Source of the DNA: Laetmonice hystrix | Taxonomy: Eukaryota | Assembly: GCA_965235115.1 (NCBI GenBank) | Contig: OZ249438.1 | Location: forward strand, 30,628,001 to 30,692,000 | Length of the DNA: 64,000 nucleotides | Direction of reading: 5' to 3' | Part shown: piece after piece, positions 22,050 through 33,122 of the stretch | Position numbering within the stretch: the stretch's first letter is position 1 | Layout of the letters: each line of letters opens with the position of its first letter | The notes under the pieces: model-generated | Databases searched by the model: none | Seen by the model: only the letters and a program-made list of their open reading frames with translations | What the model was told of the DNA's origin: nothing | Position numbers and translations under genes: made by a program

Positions 22050-22240
22050 CATCTGCGGACATAGAGTCACAGTGGCATGGCCTCGTTCGATGTCATCTGC
22101 GGACATAGAGTCACAGTGGCGTGGCCTCGTTCGATGTCATCTGCGGACATAGAGTCACAGTGGCATGGCCTCGTTCGACATCTGCGGACATAGAGTCAGA
22201 GTGGCGTGGCCTCGTTCGACATCTGCGGACATAGAGTCAG
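22050..22240. repeat. Minisatellite, 41-44 bp unit x4.5
   Basis: CATCTGCGGACATAGAGTCA at 22050, 22094, 22138, 22179, 22220. Confidence 0.96.
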
Positions 22241-23685
22241 TTCTAGTTTGGACGTACAAGTATCAAGTAGATTATTCTGTGTTGTTTAGAAAGTGTTTTG
22301 CGCCCTCTGCCACTCCCCTCTACATGTGTGCGTGGGCCGCAGAGGTCAAGATGTCCACGCGAGTCTTATGAATTAATGGCAGATTTCTCGGATTATCGTG
22401 ATTAACACGTTTCCCTGGAAACCGTATGCCCCAATAAATACGACCCGATGACACCCGTACCACCCCCCACCTACACACCCCCACCCTTCCTATCGCCCCA
22501 CTCCTACACCGCCGGGTGTCGTTGTCGTCATACACGTGCGATATCGGAATGCACCGAGTGACCCCGCTGTCTCACACGCTTCACGTTCTCGCCCATCTCT
22601 CTCCACAAGGTTGTACCATGAAAACATCTCGATGTTTCATCCTTCCCAAACATTCCTCTCTCTCTCAGGGCGGTATCAGTAGTTCTCCTCGTATCCTGGT
22701 CCATGTACTTTCGTTACTTCAAGTACAAGGGCGTTGGCATCTCTTCCCTGTCCTCCCACCTTCCACCATCTACCAAAGGTTCCCTCTGTCCGTGTGGACC
22801 TTAACGACAAGAGATTCTCTCTCTCTGCTCGATTATACAGACCTGCCCATGCCAAAGATTTTGGTAACTCACTGGCAAAACACCGGAGGAAAGAACCCCT
22901 GGTGAAATAGACCTTACAAACAAGGTCCCGAGTCCTGTTCCTTGGTCTTGCTTTTAGTTGTCTTTTTCTTACGCAGTTGTCTTGTATTTCCTTGGTAAAG
23001 TCCACTTGTTTATGTGTCACTCGTGGGTGGTAAGACCCAGTGAACCATTTATTTGGATACAGTTGGAGTTCAAGGCCCAGGATGTTAGCATGTTTAATCT
23101 CACACCTCGCCCTATGGTTAGATGCCCCTGCCTAGCACGCGGCTCCTCTCCCTCACACAGAACGCAATCCCTGACCGGGGTAATGCAGCATGGCTAAAGA
23201 GGACGTAAATACCAGTGCTGCCCTCGGCCGCCGGCGCTTTGTTCTCATCGCCAGCCTTTGCCGTGCACATGTCGCGCGTTTTTATCCCAAGGGTAATAAC
23301 ATTACATGGACTTGTGGTTCGCCAGGCCTTTCGTCGCGATCGTTTTCATTTCGAATTATCGCCCGATGCCCTGAGTTTCCGACACATATGTGGGGTTCAT
23401 GGTCTGTTCGAGGACAATATGGATCGGTGCCAGCTAGAATAATGTGTAAACAAGATCACTACGTCCTGTACTCCAGACTCATCGTGATCCGCGAATTTTA
23501 ACGCAGGCTAATCTAAAGCCAGACCTGGAGACACATGGTATAAAAATGCGAGCACAATTTATGAGGGGGAATCCTTTCGATAAAGCAAGTCAGGTAAGCA
23601 GGAAGATAATCTGTTTGTTGGTTTCCATAGAAAGATTACTAGGAACGCCCAGGATAGCTACTGTGTGTCCTGCCGACGCCGTGTC

Positions 23686-24010
23686 CCGGAAGTGATTGGC
23701 GTCGGGACGCGCAGTGAGGTCAGACTTGTCAAGAAGTGTCGTCAGTGACGTGATTTGACAATCTGACCAGGACCGGCGAGCGACCGCCGCTAGTCTGCCA
23801 CTCATGCGTGTGTGTGAGTCGCGGCAAGACGACACTTGACGTAGGCGCGTTCCTCTGACCTTCCCGCGACCTGCGCCAAGGCTACCGGAAGTGATGCTGG
23901 GAGACGCTGCCATGGCATCTGTTGGTGCGCCGCATGTGATTTTGATTGACCCGACGGCCCGGAAATAAAACATTTAAGTGTGCTTTCCCTCTCTCTCCTC
24001 TACCGGAAGC
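23686..24010. promoter_or_regulatory. Homotypic Ets-site cluster in CpG-rich element
   Basis: CCGGAAGT 23686, ACCGGAAGTG 23884, CCGGAAAT 23959, ACCGGAAGC 24002, all same orientation. Confidence 0.55.
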
Positions 24011-24126
24011 AGCTATATCTAGAGTTATCTGTTCGGGCATGTCCTTTTGTTTTTAATAAGGCCCATCTAGTGCGCCAACTGTTATCTCTGGCATGAAACC
24101 AAAGCGTCAGGAATCTGACTGCCGAT

Positions 24127-24398
24127 AAGTCCACGTGCCATGTCGTGGATGACGTACCTAAAGTCCACGTGCCATGTCGTGGATGACGTACCTAAAGTCC
24201 ACGTGCCATGTCATGGATGACGTACCTAAAGTCCACGTGCCATGTCATGGATGACGTACCTGAAGTCCACGTGCCATGTCATGGATGACGTACCTGAAGT
24301 CCACGTGCCATGTCGTGGATGACGTACCTAAAGTCCACGTGCCATGTCGTGGATGACGTACCTGAAGTCCACGTGCCATGTCATGGATGACGTACCTG
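24127..24398. repeat. Minisatellite, 34-bp unit x8 (AAGTCCACGTGCCATGTCRTGGATGACGTACCTR)
   Basis: Exact 34-bp period, units at 24127+34n. Confidence 0.98.
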
Positions 24399-26540
24399 TG
24401 CACACACCCATACAGGGTACAAATTAATACACATGCTGGTCACTGTTTCGTTAATACATTCACCACGTGGTCAGCCACCGATACTAACGAGCGAACGCAT
24501 AGGTCTACTGCTTTTCATTCGGAAAACAAGCTAGCCTACCATCTTTCATTTAAAAGAATCATGTCACCTATTTCATATAGATTTTACAAATTGGCGAAAA
24601 TACTGCCTGTATATAGCCTGGTAATTATGTTCCATAGTACTGCCTACTTGCCTGATTGGATTTCGTGACTATGTTTTTTTTAATATTTAAAAACCAGCAA
24701 ATTTGGTCTTTTTCGAGACCTGCAGCCCACCTACGCGATAGAGTTTTAGCCGGGCGACTTTACACCCTTTTCATAGAACGCGAGACTATAGCCGCAATCA
24801 CGTGATCATCTCACCCGTTGCAACGCTATGCCTGCAGGTCAGACATTCCTGATGGCGGAAGGCAGCGTTGGTTTTGAGTGTTCTCGACAGGAAATGTGAA
24901 ATGTGAAGGTGACAGTGCATTTCGCTGCTGTCTGTTTACAATACATAATGTATATTAAACCTAGGAAGTATCCTCGGGACAGAAGGTGCATAGATTTGCC
25001 ATGATTCCTTTAAGTCTGCTAAGATACCGTAGTTTGTTTTTCACAATTTGTAACGTTCTATGTGAAAAACTGCTGGATTTAAATCTAACCTTTTTTGTGT
25101 ATAGCCTACCTGTCGTCAATGTGGATGGCATTGTTGATTAGTATCAGCATGCATACTGGATTATTGCCGCCATATATCGTGATGTCATCCTCCATTGTTT
25201 GTAACGGACCCGTATGTAGTAAACTATTGCATATTATACGTGTCGTGGTATAAGTAGTTCCCTAGCCAAGTACATTAATATACAAGTATATGCACACATA
25301 TTAATTAAGGTATGCATAATAGAGGTTATCTTTCAGCACTAAGCACGTGTCTATACTGTGGATCATACAGACCAACATCCGTTTCTAATTAGGCCTACGC
25401 TCCTGCGTGTATAGTCTGAGTATGCATACGTCTCTCAGCGTTCTTCTGTTCTAAGTTCAGTGGTCGTTAGGTTACAGAATACCGGTAGTGGCCTAGGTAT
25501 GTTCACGTTTGAAATCAAATCAAACGTTTATACCCCTGCACATCTGAACACTCCCCTTCCACCGCTGCTCCAATCGCAGTATATGTATACTCACGTGATT
25601 TGTGGTATTTAAGACGTAAGCCGCCGATACAGAAAGATTCCCGACAAAGGTGATCTAACCTTGGTCTGCATGGTCCCTCCCTAGCTGGCAGGCTGGCAGG
25701 CTGGCTGGCTGGCTGGCGGGGACTTGGCCCCCAGGACGACAGCCGGGCCACTGGTGGCTCATGAGAGGAAGGCGGGGGGGGGGGGGGGGGGGGAGACTGT
25801 CTCTCACCTGGAGGCTGAGGGACGTCAAGAGGCGGAGGGGGTGCGGTGAGTCTAGTACCCATGTGTCGCCATCACTGACACCAATATAGCCGCCAGTGTT
25901 CGCAGGATGCTGGCCTTGTCCCGAGACTGTCAGCAGTGATGTGCATCCCCCCTTTCACCCCAGGCATGTAACAGAAGATGGGGCCGAATTAGCGAGCCAT
26001 CAGCGGGTGCTTAGCGGCCCTTACTGTCAAGTGCTACCCCAGCCCAACGTATAGACTGTAGCTAACCTTATCATGGCATAAACAAAGAAACGTTCAGCGG
26101 AAACATTCGGATTGGTACTGTGAGATCCCGAGCACTGAACATAAACTCAGCATAACCAGTATATCTATTTTGTAGCTGAATTATAGCTAATGTCGTCTTC
26201 TCCCCCATCTCGGCCGGATGTATATTAAAGACGGGGGGTCATAATAATTTTAAGTTGTTTCCATTAAATATCATTGAAATAGAATAGTTTCGAGCCCAAT
26301 TCCTGAATATGAGTGCCGGTGTACAAAGAAAACATATTTTATAGGGACACTCTAAGTGGCATTCCTCACCCCTTTCCCAAACGGCCCGATCTAGGTCCAT
26401 CAACACTGCATATCATTATATGAGTCACAAACTTGTAATGGGATGACCCAGATCAACCCAAGCCATGCCACGCGCTATCAGCAACTATGATAGCGCAATG
26501 AAGACACCGGCTTACATGCCCACAAGATTGTCAAGAGAAA

Positions 26541-26701
26541 ATGGTGAAGCTAGTTGTCTGAAGTATTGTAGCCAGTCATGTCCAGATGGGGTGTCTCTTT
26601 TCTCTGTACCAAAAGAGGAAACCCTGAAGAGAAAGTGGATGAACTTATAACAGCTCAAGAAGGGGTGGTTCTAGGCTATGTGTGTAGCATTTGACCACTT
26701 C
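26541..26701 (+). pseudogene. Decayed THAP zinc-finger N-terminus of transposase
   Basis: CLKYCSQSCPDGVSLFSVPKEETLKRKWMNL*QLKKGWF*AMCVAFDHF matches THAP CxxxC...GVSLFxxPK...RxxW...W...C..HF; two in-frame stops. Confidence 0.8.
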
Positions 26702-26718
26702 GGAGATGCCCATCTCTG

Positions 26719-26862
26719 TGGCTCATACATCCACCCCAAAACCTCTTGTTCTGCTCCAACATCCTCCTCCTCATCTATCCCACTTCCAGAATCGTAGAAA
26801 TTTTCCATCTCATAACTGGATTCATCATTAGAAAAGGAGTTATCTGAATCTGAAGATGCCAT
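26719..26862 (-). pseudogene. 5' fragment of the element's second gene (KolX/P2X7-C-terminus-like accessory protein)
   Basis: ATG-initiated acidic MASSDSDNSFSNDESSYEMENFYDSGSGIDEEEDVGAEQEVLGWMYEP, convergent with THAP inside the TIRs. Family assignment is recalled from the acidic N-terminus plus YEP motif, not searched. Confidence 0.5.
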
Positions 26863-29439
26863 GACCCTATCTTATTGCTGCTCCAGGCTCTGTTTACAAT
26901 TTTGTGACGTCACCCACCACAGTGGAGCACTCAGTGGTGCCGAACAGAGCGTTTTCAGCACGGGGATGATGTTACCCACTCCCGTCACTCACAGCGGGGT
27001 TGGTAAGGGTGTGTATGTTGGGGGATCCGTAGAAGATGTTTTTTGTGAAATATATTCCAACTTACAAGTAAAGTGGCATGATTATGACCCCCCCTCTTTA
27101 AGATGTAATCCTCTATAGAGCTATGCAGATACATGTACTGACGTTGTATATCGTGACTGGAACCTATTGAAAAAAAGTGATTCTCTCACTCACCCTTACT
27201 CAAAGATGTACCGTAATCGCCTGATGTCCTGATCCATGAAGTTAATAACATCTGAGGTTTGTATGGCTTATACGTCTCCTGTATATGTCAGTTGAGAGGA
27301 GAAGACAGGGTATATATGCGCCCCCTGCCCACGTTAGATAGTGACACTGGTAGCGAACAGCGGGTGAACTCCCGCTCCATGTTCTAACACCAAACTGAGC
27401 TTTCGGTTTGGTGAAAATCAACTCGACGTGTATATACCAGCATCCGTTTAAGATGGAATCTACATCTGCCCCCTCCTGTTCCTGATTGACACGGCGACAA
27501 GCCGGAATCACTCGCGAGCTCTATTCTACTTTACCTCCCCGAGAGACGGAGGCTCGCGGCTGTGGTCTATTGTTTACTGGTCGTGTGTTGATTGACCAGA
27601 CATGCCGTGCATTAGTCACTAACCAAGACGAAGAATGAAACGGGGAAGTGGCTGAGGACTCGGGAAGAAGTAGGGTGGTACAGAGAAAACAGACGCTCTC
27701 TCATCGATTATAGTCTCTTGAGGGACGATTTGTTGATGGTTTAACGTTATGTTTGACCTTTTCATCCTTCGTAACAAATTGGTAAGTGAAGACCAAGTCC
27801 CTGAGGGCGTTCTTTATTTGTCTTCGTAATCTTATATGAAAAAAGAACATCTAATTTAAGGATTTCCGTTGGGTGAGCGGACATGTCGCACTAAGGAGGG
27901 ACGTGAGACAGCGTTCGCCACCGTAACATCGTTAAGATTCCAGCGACCTTACGAACGCCGGGGGTGAAATCGTACATTCCTAGAAATGAGCTTCTGTTAG
28001 TGTAGTGCGGAGGCTGGTACGGGGGACGGGGTGAGCTTCGTGGTCGTAGGACATGGGAAACCACCGAAAACCTGAATTATGGCCCCTCCTACACTGCACT
28101 TCAATATACCCCACCCCCGGACATGTCTGACCAGCGATTTTTAGTAAAGGATTATCATGTGGTTCTAAACCAGGAGTTAACAGGAAAGGATTTTCTTAAA
28201 CAACACGTGAGTAAGGATACGTCAAGAGGCCGGTTTGAAAACTCTGAAGGGGTCTAAAACGTACACTTGGAGGGGGCGGGGGGTCCCTGGGACTCCGAAA
28301 TCAGGGAGGGGGTCAAACTTTGATGCGTAGTTCTCTGCTGAGCGGTCAGGGGTGCGGAGAGTGAGACGAGGTGGCAGGGTTGGCGGGTAGTTCAGTATGA
28401 AGAGCACTTCCAAACGGGTGCACGTTCATGTCTACTCACTTCTCCCAGTCAGACGACCAACTAACAGCCGTGCGCGCTCCTCCTGGCTCGCCGGCTAAAC
28501 ACGGACCACCATACCCGTTATAACGCGGCAAAGGAAGGGTGAGACGAAGGTCCCCAACAGTTGTTGTGCGCCCGGACATATTACATATGGTCCTATAGCC
28601 AGAATACCTCAGCTACTGTCCATTCATCCATCCAGCCATCTCATTCCAGGCATGTGTAAGGGGATGGTCCAACTTCTGAGTTAGGGAAGCTGGGGTGGAT
28701 CTAAGGGCCCTCTGTTAATGCGAAGAGCCTAGACCGCTATATATTATAGGTATATATGAGCAAGTAGAGTGGCGGTAAAGGATCCACCTCTATACCTACC
28801 GACCCCCCCCCCCCCCTTGCCCCACCCACTCCAGCAGGGGGATTCCCACGGATTAGTTTGGGTGGTAGGTGTGGATCCTCTCGCTGGAGTCTGTCTGGGC
28901 GGCGGGCCGACAGCAGCCGGCGACTTCCCGACGTCACTCACTGACATCGTCCGCCGGCCACACCCAGGCTAGGCTCGCCTCACGTCGTCTACACTCCCTC
29001 ACGCTCCGCCAGATGGCACTCGTATCAACACGTGCATGCTTCTTTTTTTTACATGTTACATCAGAGAACACCATGGTGAGAAAACATAGAGACCTGTATT
29101 GACAACACAGTGCTGTATACTGTGTAGTTCTCATAATAATCAGGGTCGGATTATATGATATTATGTCGTAAAGGATTCTAGAGATATATAAATATACGGT
29201 ACGGGTATAATTTAACTACTGTATAGGAGGATGAATCTTTCGAAGGCTTGAGTATATTGGGCTATTTGTATAAACCAAACTATAGGTATGTTTTTATCAT
29301 AAAACATGATTTTTGTGTTGTTTTAATATTATGCAAGACAAACATGTCTTAATGTCATCGTGAACATTATCATAGATCGACACAGATGCAAGTGTAACCC
29401 ATGAATGTGGCGATGAATCAAATTATCACACACACCATC

Positions 29440-30409
29440 ATCTCACACGTCATGTATTAGAAAGAACAGTCCGTGGCTGCAGGCAGGTAGAGCCTAACAT
29501 GATGTGTTGATCATTCTCACACGTCAGTATTAGAAAGAGCAGTCCGTGGCTGCAGGCAGGTAGAGCCTAACATGATGTGTTGATCATTCTCACACGTCAG
29601 TATTAGAAAGAGCAGTCCGTGGCTGCAGGCAGGTAGAGCCTAACATGATGTGTTGATCATTCTCACACGTCAGTATTAGAAAGAGCAGTCCGTGGCTGCA
29701 GGCAGTTAGAGCCTAACATGATGTGTTGATCACTCTCACACGTCATGTATTAGAAAGAGCAGTCCGCGGCTGCAGGCAGGTAGAGCCTAACATGATGTGT
29801 TGATGATTCTCACACGTCATGTACATGTATTAGAAAGAGCAGTCCGTGGCTGGAGGCAGGTAGAGCCTAACATGATGTGTTGATCATTCTCACACATCAG
29901 TATTAGAAAGAGCAGTCCGTGGCTGCAGGCAGGTAGAGCCTAACATGATGTGTTGATCATTCTCACACGTCATGTATTAGAAAGAGCAGTCCGTGGCTGC
30001 AGGCAGGTAGAGCCTAACATGACGTGTTGATTATTCTCACACATCAGTATTAGAAAGAGCAGTCCGCGGCTGCAGGCAGGTAGAGCCTAACATGATGTGT
30101 TGATGATTCTCACACGTCATGTACATGTATTAGAAAGAGCAGTCCGTGGCTGGAGGCAGGTAGAGCCTAACATGATGTGTTGATCATTCTCACACATCAG
30201 TATTAGAAAGAGCAGTCCGTGGCTGCAGGCAGGTAGAGCCTAACATGATGTGTTGATCATTCTCACACGTCATGTATTAGAAAGAGCAGTCCGTGGCTGC
30301 AGGCAGGTAGAGCCTAACATGACGTGTTGATTATTCTCACACATCAGTATTAGAAAGAGCAGTCCGTGGCTGGAGGCAGGTAGAGCCTAACATGATGTGT
30401 TGATCATTC
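29440..30409. repeat. Tandem repeat, 73-80 bp unit x13, with exact 300-bp higher-order duplication
   Basis: Unit TTCTCACACGTCAGTATTAGAAAGAGCAGTCCGTGGCTGCAGGCAGGTAGAGCCTAACATGATGTGTTGATCA; 29761-30060 equals 30061-30360. Confidence 0.98.
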
Positions 30410-33089
30410 AAGGAGAAAGTAACTGTTGCAGCCGGCCATTGACAGGCGGAATGCTATCGGCGCGGACCGTAAACTATCGGTATTTGCCATTTCACCGGCC
30501 CCATAGAAAGCGGCGTTCATTAGACGGACGCTGGCCGGCGCGTGCTCTGCTCTGTATCTGTCATCAACGTCATTACGACGCCCTCCTCCCTATTGACCGA
30601 CCGCGCGCCTGGCTTACCGCTGAGACCCACCTCGGCCAATATCAAACTAATTGCGCCGAAATCAAAGACGTTTCACTGAACAGTTGTTTCTAATTGGGAA
30701 ATCCTGAGCATTTAGTGATTTGATACGGCCGAGTGGCACTGTCCTTTTGGCGAGAGGGGAGCGGCTTGTTTTCACCTTAAAAGAACACCGCGTATTGAGG
30801 ATCCCAACCTGGGCGGCAGCAGCAATCACCGCCCACTGACGCCCATTTTCACAGCAGTCTCCTCCTAAACCTGTTGCGTCCCACGGCTGAGATTACGCCA
30901 GTTGATTACCTGTTTGGTTTAGGTTCTTTGATCCCGCCGCAACACGGCAGGCCGTCCCATTTGATGTTTCTGGGAACGCTACGGCTGAGACGCGGCACCC
31001 CCTCCCCCCAGAAACTCCTTGAATGTCCTTTCCTGGATTTCACTATTCGCCGTTTACTAATACCAGTTGACCCCCAGGGACGCCAATGGTTTCCATGGCA
31101 ATATCGTAACTGAGACTGTTTTCTCCCACACACGTGTTGAACAGGTGAGCCGATGACCCCATTAGTTGCCATTGGCTGGCGCCTGCCCCTAGAAGAGCAC
31201 GAGGACTTCTGGGCAGTTTAATGGTCACATAGAGAATCAACGGGAAACTCGGACCAAGTTAACATTAGACCCCGGAGGAGGTGGTCACGGATGGATTGTC
31301 TCCGACCCCATGTCGGAGTTGGGCGAGGGAGTGGCGAAGTTCAAGATGTCCAGCCACCTGAAGCGGGGCGGTCCCTCTGATGTGCTGGTCTCACCGGCAC
31401 CCCGGCCGCACTATCTGACCCTTGCACATCTGTCTGCTTCGTAATATTTCTCCGACAACTCCAAGACCTATACTCGAATACAGCTGTATACAAATGTCCC
31501 ATTATTAATATGCATGAAGTAGAAACGCAGCCCCCAATAAAACATGTCACTTTGGATATTTCACAATTATCGTGTATCCGGTGGTGCGTATATTAGGGGC
31601 AATACAAATCGGTCTTTTTGTCCTTCGTAATTTTATTTACAAAATAACAGTCATGAAAATGAACACGAACAACGTACCCCTACGTATATATGTTCCTGGT
31701 AACAATTCCGCAACATATTAGACGCTGTACACAATATCCCTTCAATAAACCAGAACAAAACGTTTTCAAAAGGGTTGCAATGAACTGTAGGAGGTTAGCC
31801 ATTATAGGGATGCAAGCATAATGCCTTTATATACTCATATAATCCGAACTCTCCCCAAAACGGTAAGATGTTTGGAGCATTAATCTGATTACACAGCTAC
31901 CGAATGGAGATGCACCCTTGCATCATTTTGTTTTACTAGTTGTTTGAGAGCGCTGCGCCCCAGTGCCATGTCCTCCACAATATTGTGTACAGCGTATAGC
32001 CTTCTACACGACAGGGTGCCCTGATGTAGCCGGGTGTATACATGTACGTACACCGCCCGGCAGTAGGCATGACCAGCGCTTGTCGGCCTGTCGGAACGTG
32101 ATGGGCCATGGGGTGCGAAGGTAAATAGGAACAGCTGACGCCGCTTGTTCCTCGGTGCAGTCCCCCGAAGCCAGTCACAACAACAAATACAAACTGCCGA
32201 TGTGATGACCATGTGTTCACAAAGGGCTCTGCTTTCTCCCTTACAGCATGCTACAAGGAGCTTTCGTCCGAGTCCGTTTCTTGGGTTTCCTTGGGCCATC
32301 TGGGGCCCCGTACATTATACCATGGCTCGCGAGGCTAAGTACATCAGATTGGAGGAGGGCTCTAGCCGTTTTAATGCGAATAATAAATATTATAATTACA
32401 ATTCATCCGATAAATACATCACATCTGGAACTTATAAATGCGTTTTTGCCTTTATCCCTTTATACCACTTCAAGAAGAAAACAACAGAATTGTATAATTT
32501 CGAGAAATGAAAAAAAAGAAGATCCCTCCAAATATAACAGGCCTGGGGCTCAGATGAAAGTATATACTATTATGATGGATTGCTAGATATGTCCCTTTGA
32601 GCATGCTTGGGTTAATAGCACAGCAGGAAGCTGAAACAATGGGGTCAGGACGAAGACATCTGTGCCATTCACCTCGGAGCCATCTCGGCTCGGATCGGGG
32701 AATGCTTGCTGACCCTTGACGGAGGTCAGCGTTCGAGTGACAACAACCAGAGCGTGCCCAGCGTCCGGTGCGGGATGCTGGGGTGTGTGTGTGTGGGGGG
32801 GGGGGGGGGGCACGTGGGGAAGGGGAGGAGGTTGACAGTCCACGTGTGGGGTTTTTCATGGTAGGTGACAGTACAGAGTCTGACATGGACCACGTGCCTC
32901 CCGCCGCCAGAACCTGGCTGTAGTACGTTTACCCCGTCCATGCCCAGCCAACTGAGTCAGGTCTGATCGCCCGTCAAGGCGCACGGTGGGGGATGTGGTC
33001 AGGAAGGGGTATCGAGCCAAAGCCCTCACACCCCGTGACACCACTAACTAGGGTTCTGGACCCCAATCATTTACACCCGTATCTCCCCT

Positions 33090-33122
33090 ACCACCACCAC
33101 CACCACCACCACCACCACCACC
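33090..33122 (+). repeat. (CCA)n microsatellite
   Basis: About 10-11 perfect CCA units. Confidence 0.95.

Larger units (their letters stand above)
26229..27097. mobile_element. Internally deleted Kolobok-type DNA transposon (869 bp)
   Basis: TTAA TSDs (26225-26228, 27098-27101); 17-bp TIRs AGACGGGGGGTCATAAT / AGAGGGGGGGTCATAAT (1 mismatch) starting with AG; THAP remnant inside. TTAA plus RR termini plus THAP is the Kolobok signature. Confidence 0.88.

Noticed and set aside
29440-30409. CAGGTAG in each unit as a Zelda site
   Set aside because: Zelda is arthropod-restricted and nothing here indicates an insect; CAGGTA could at most be a ZEB-type site.
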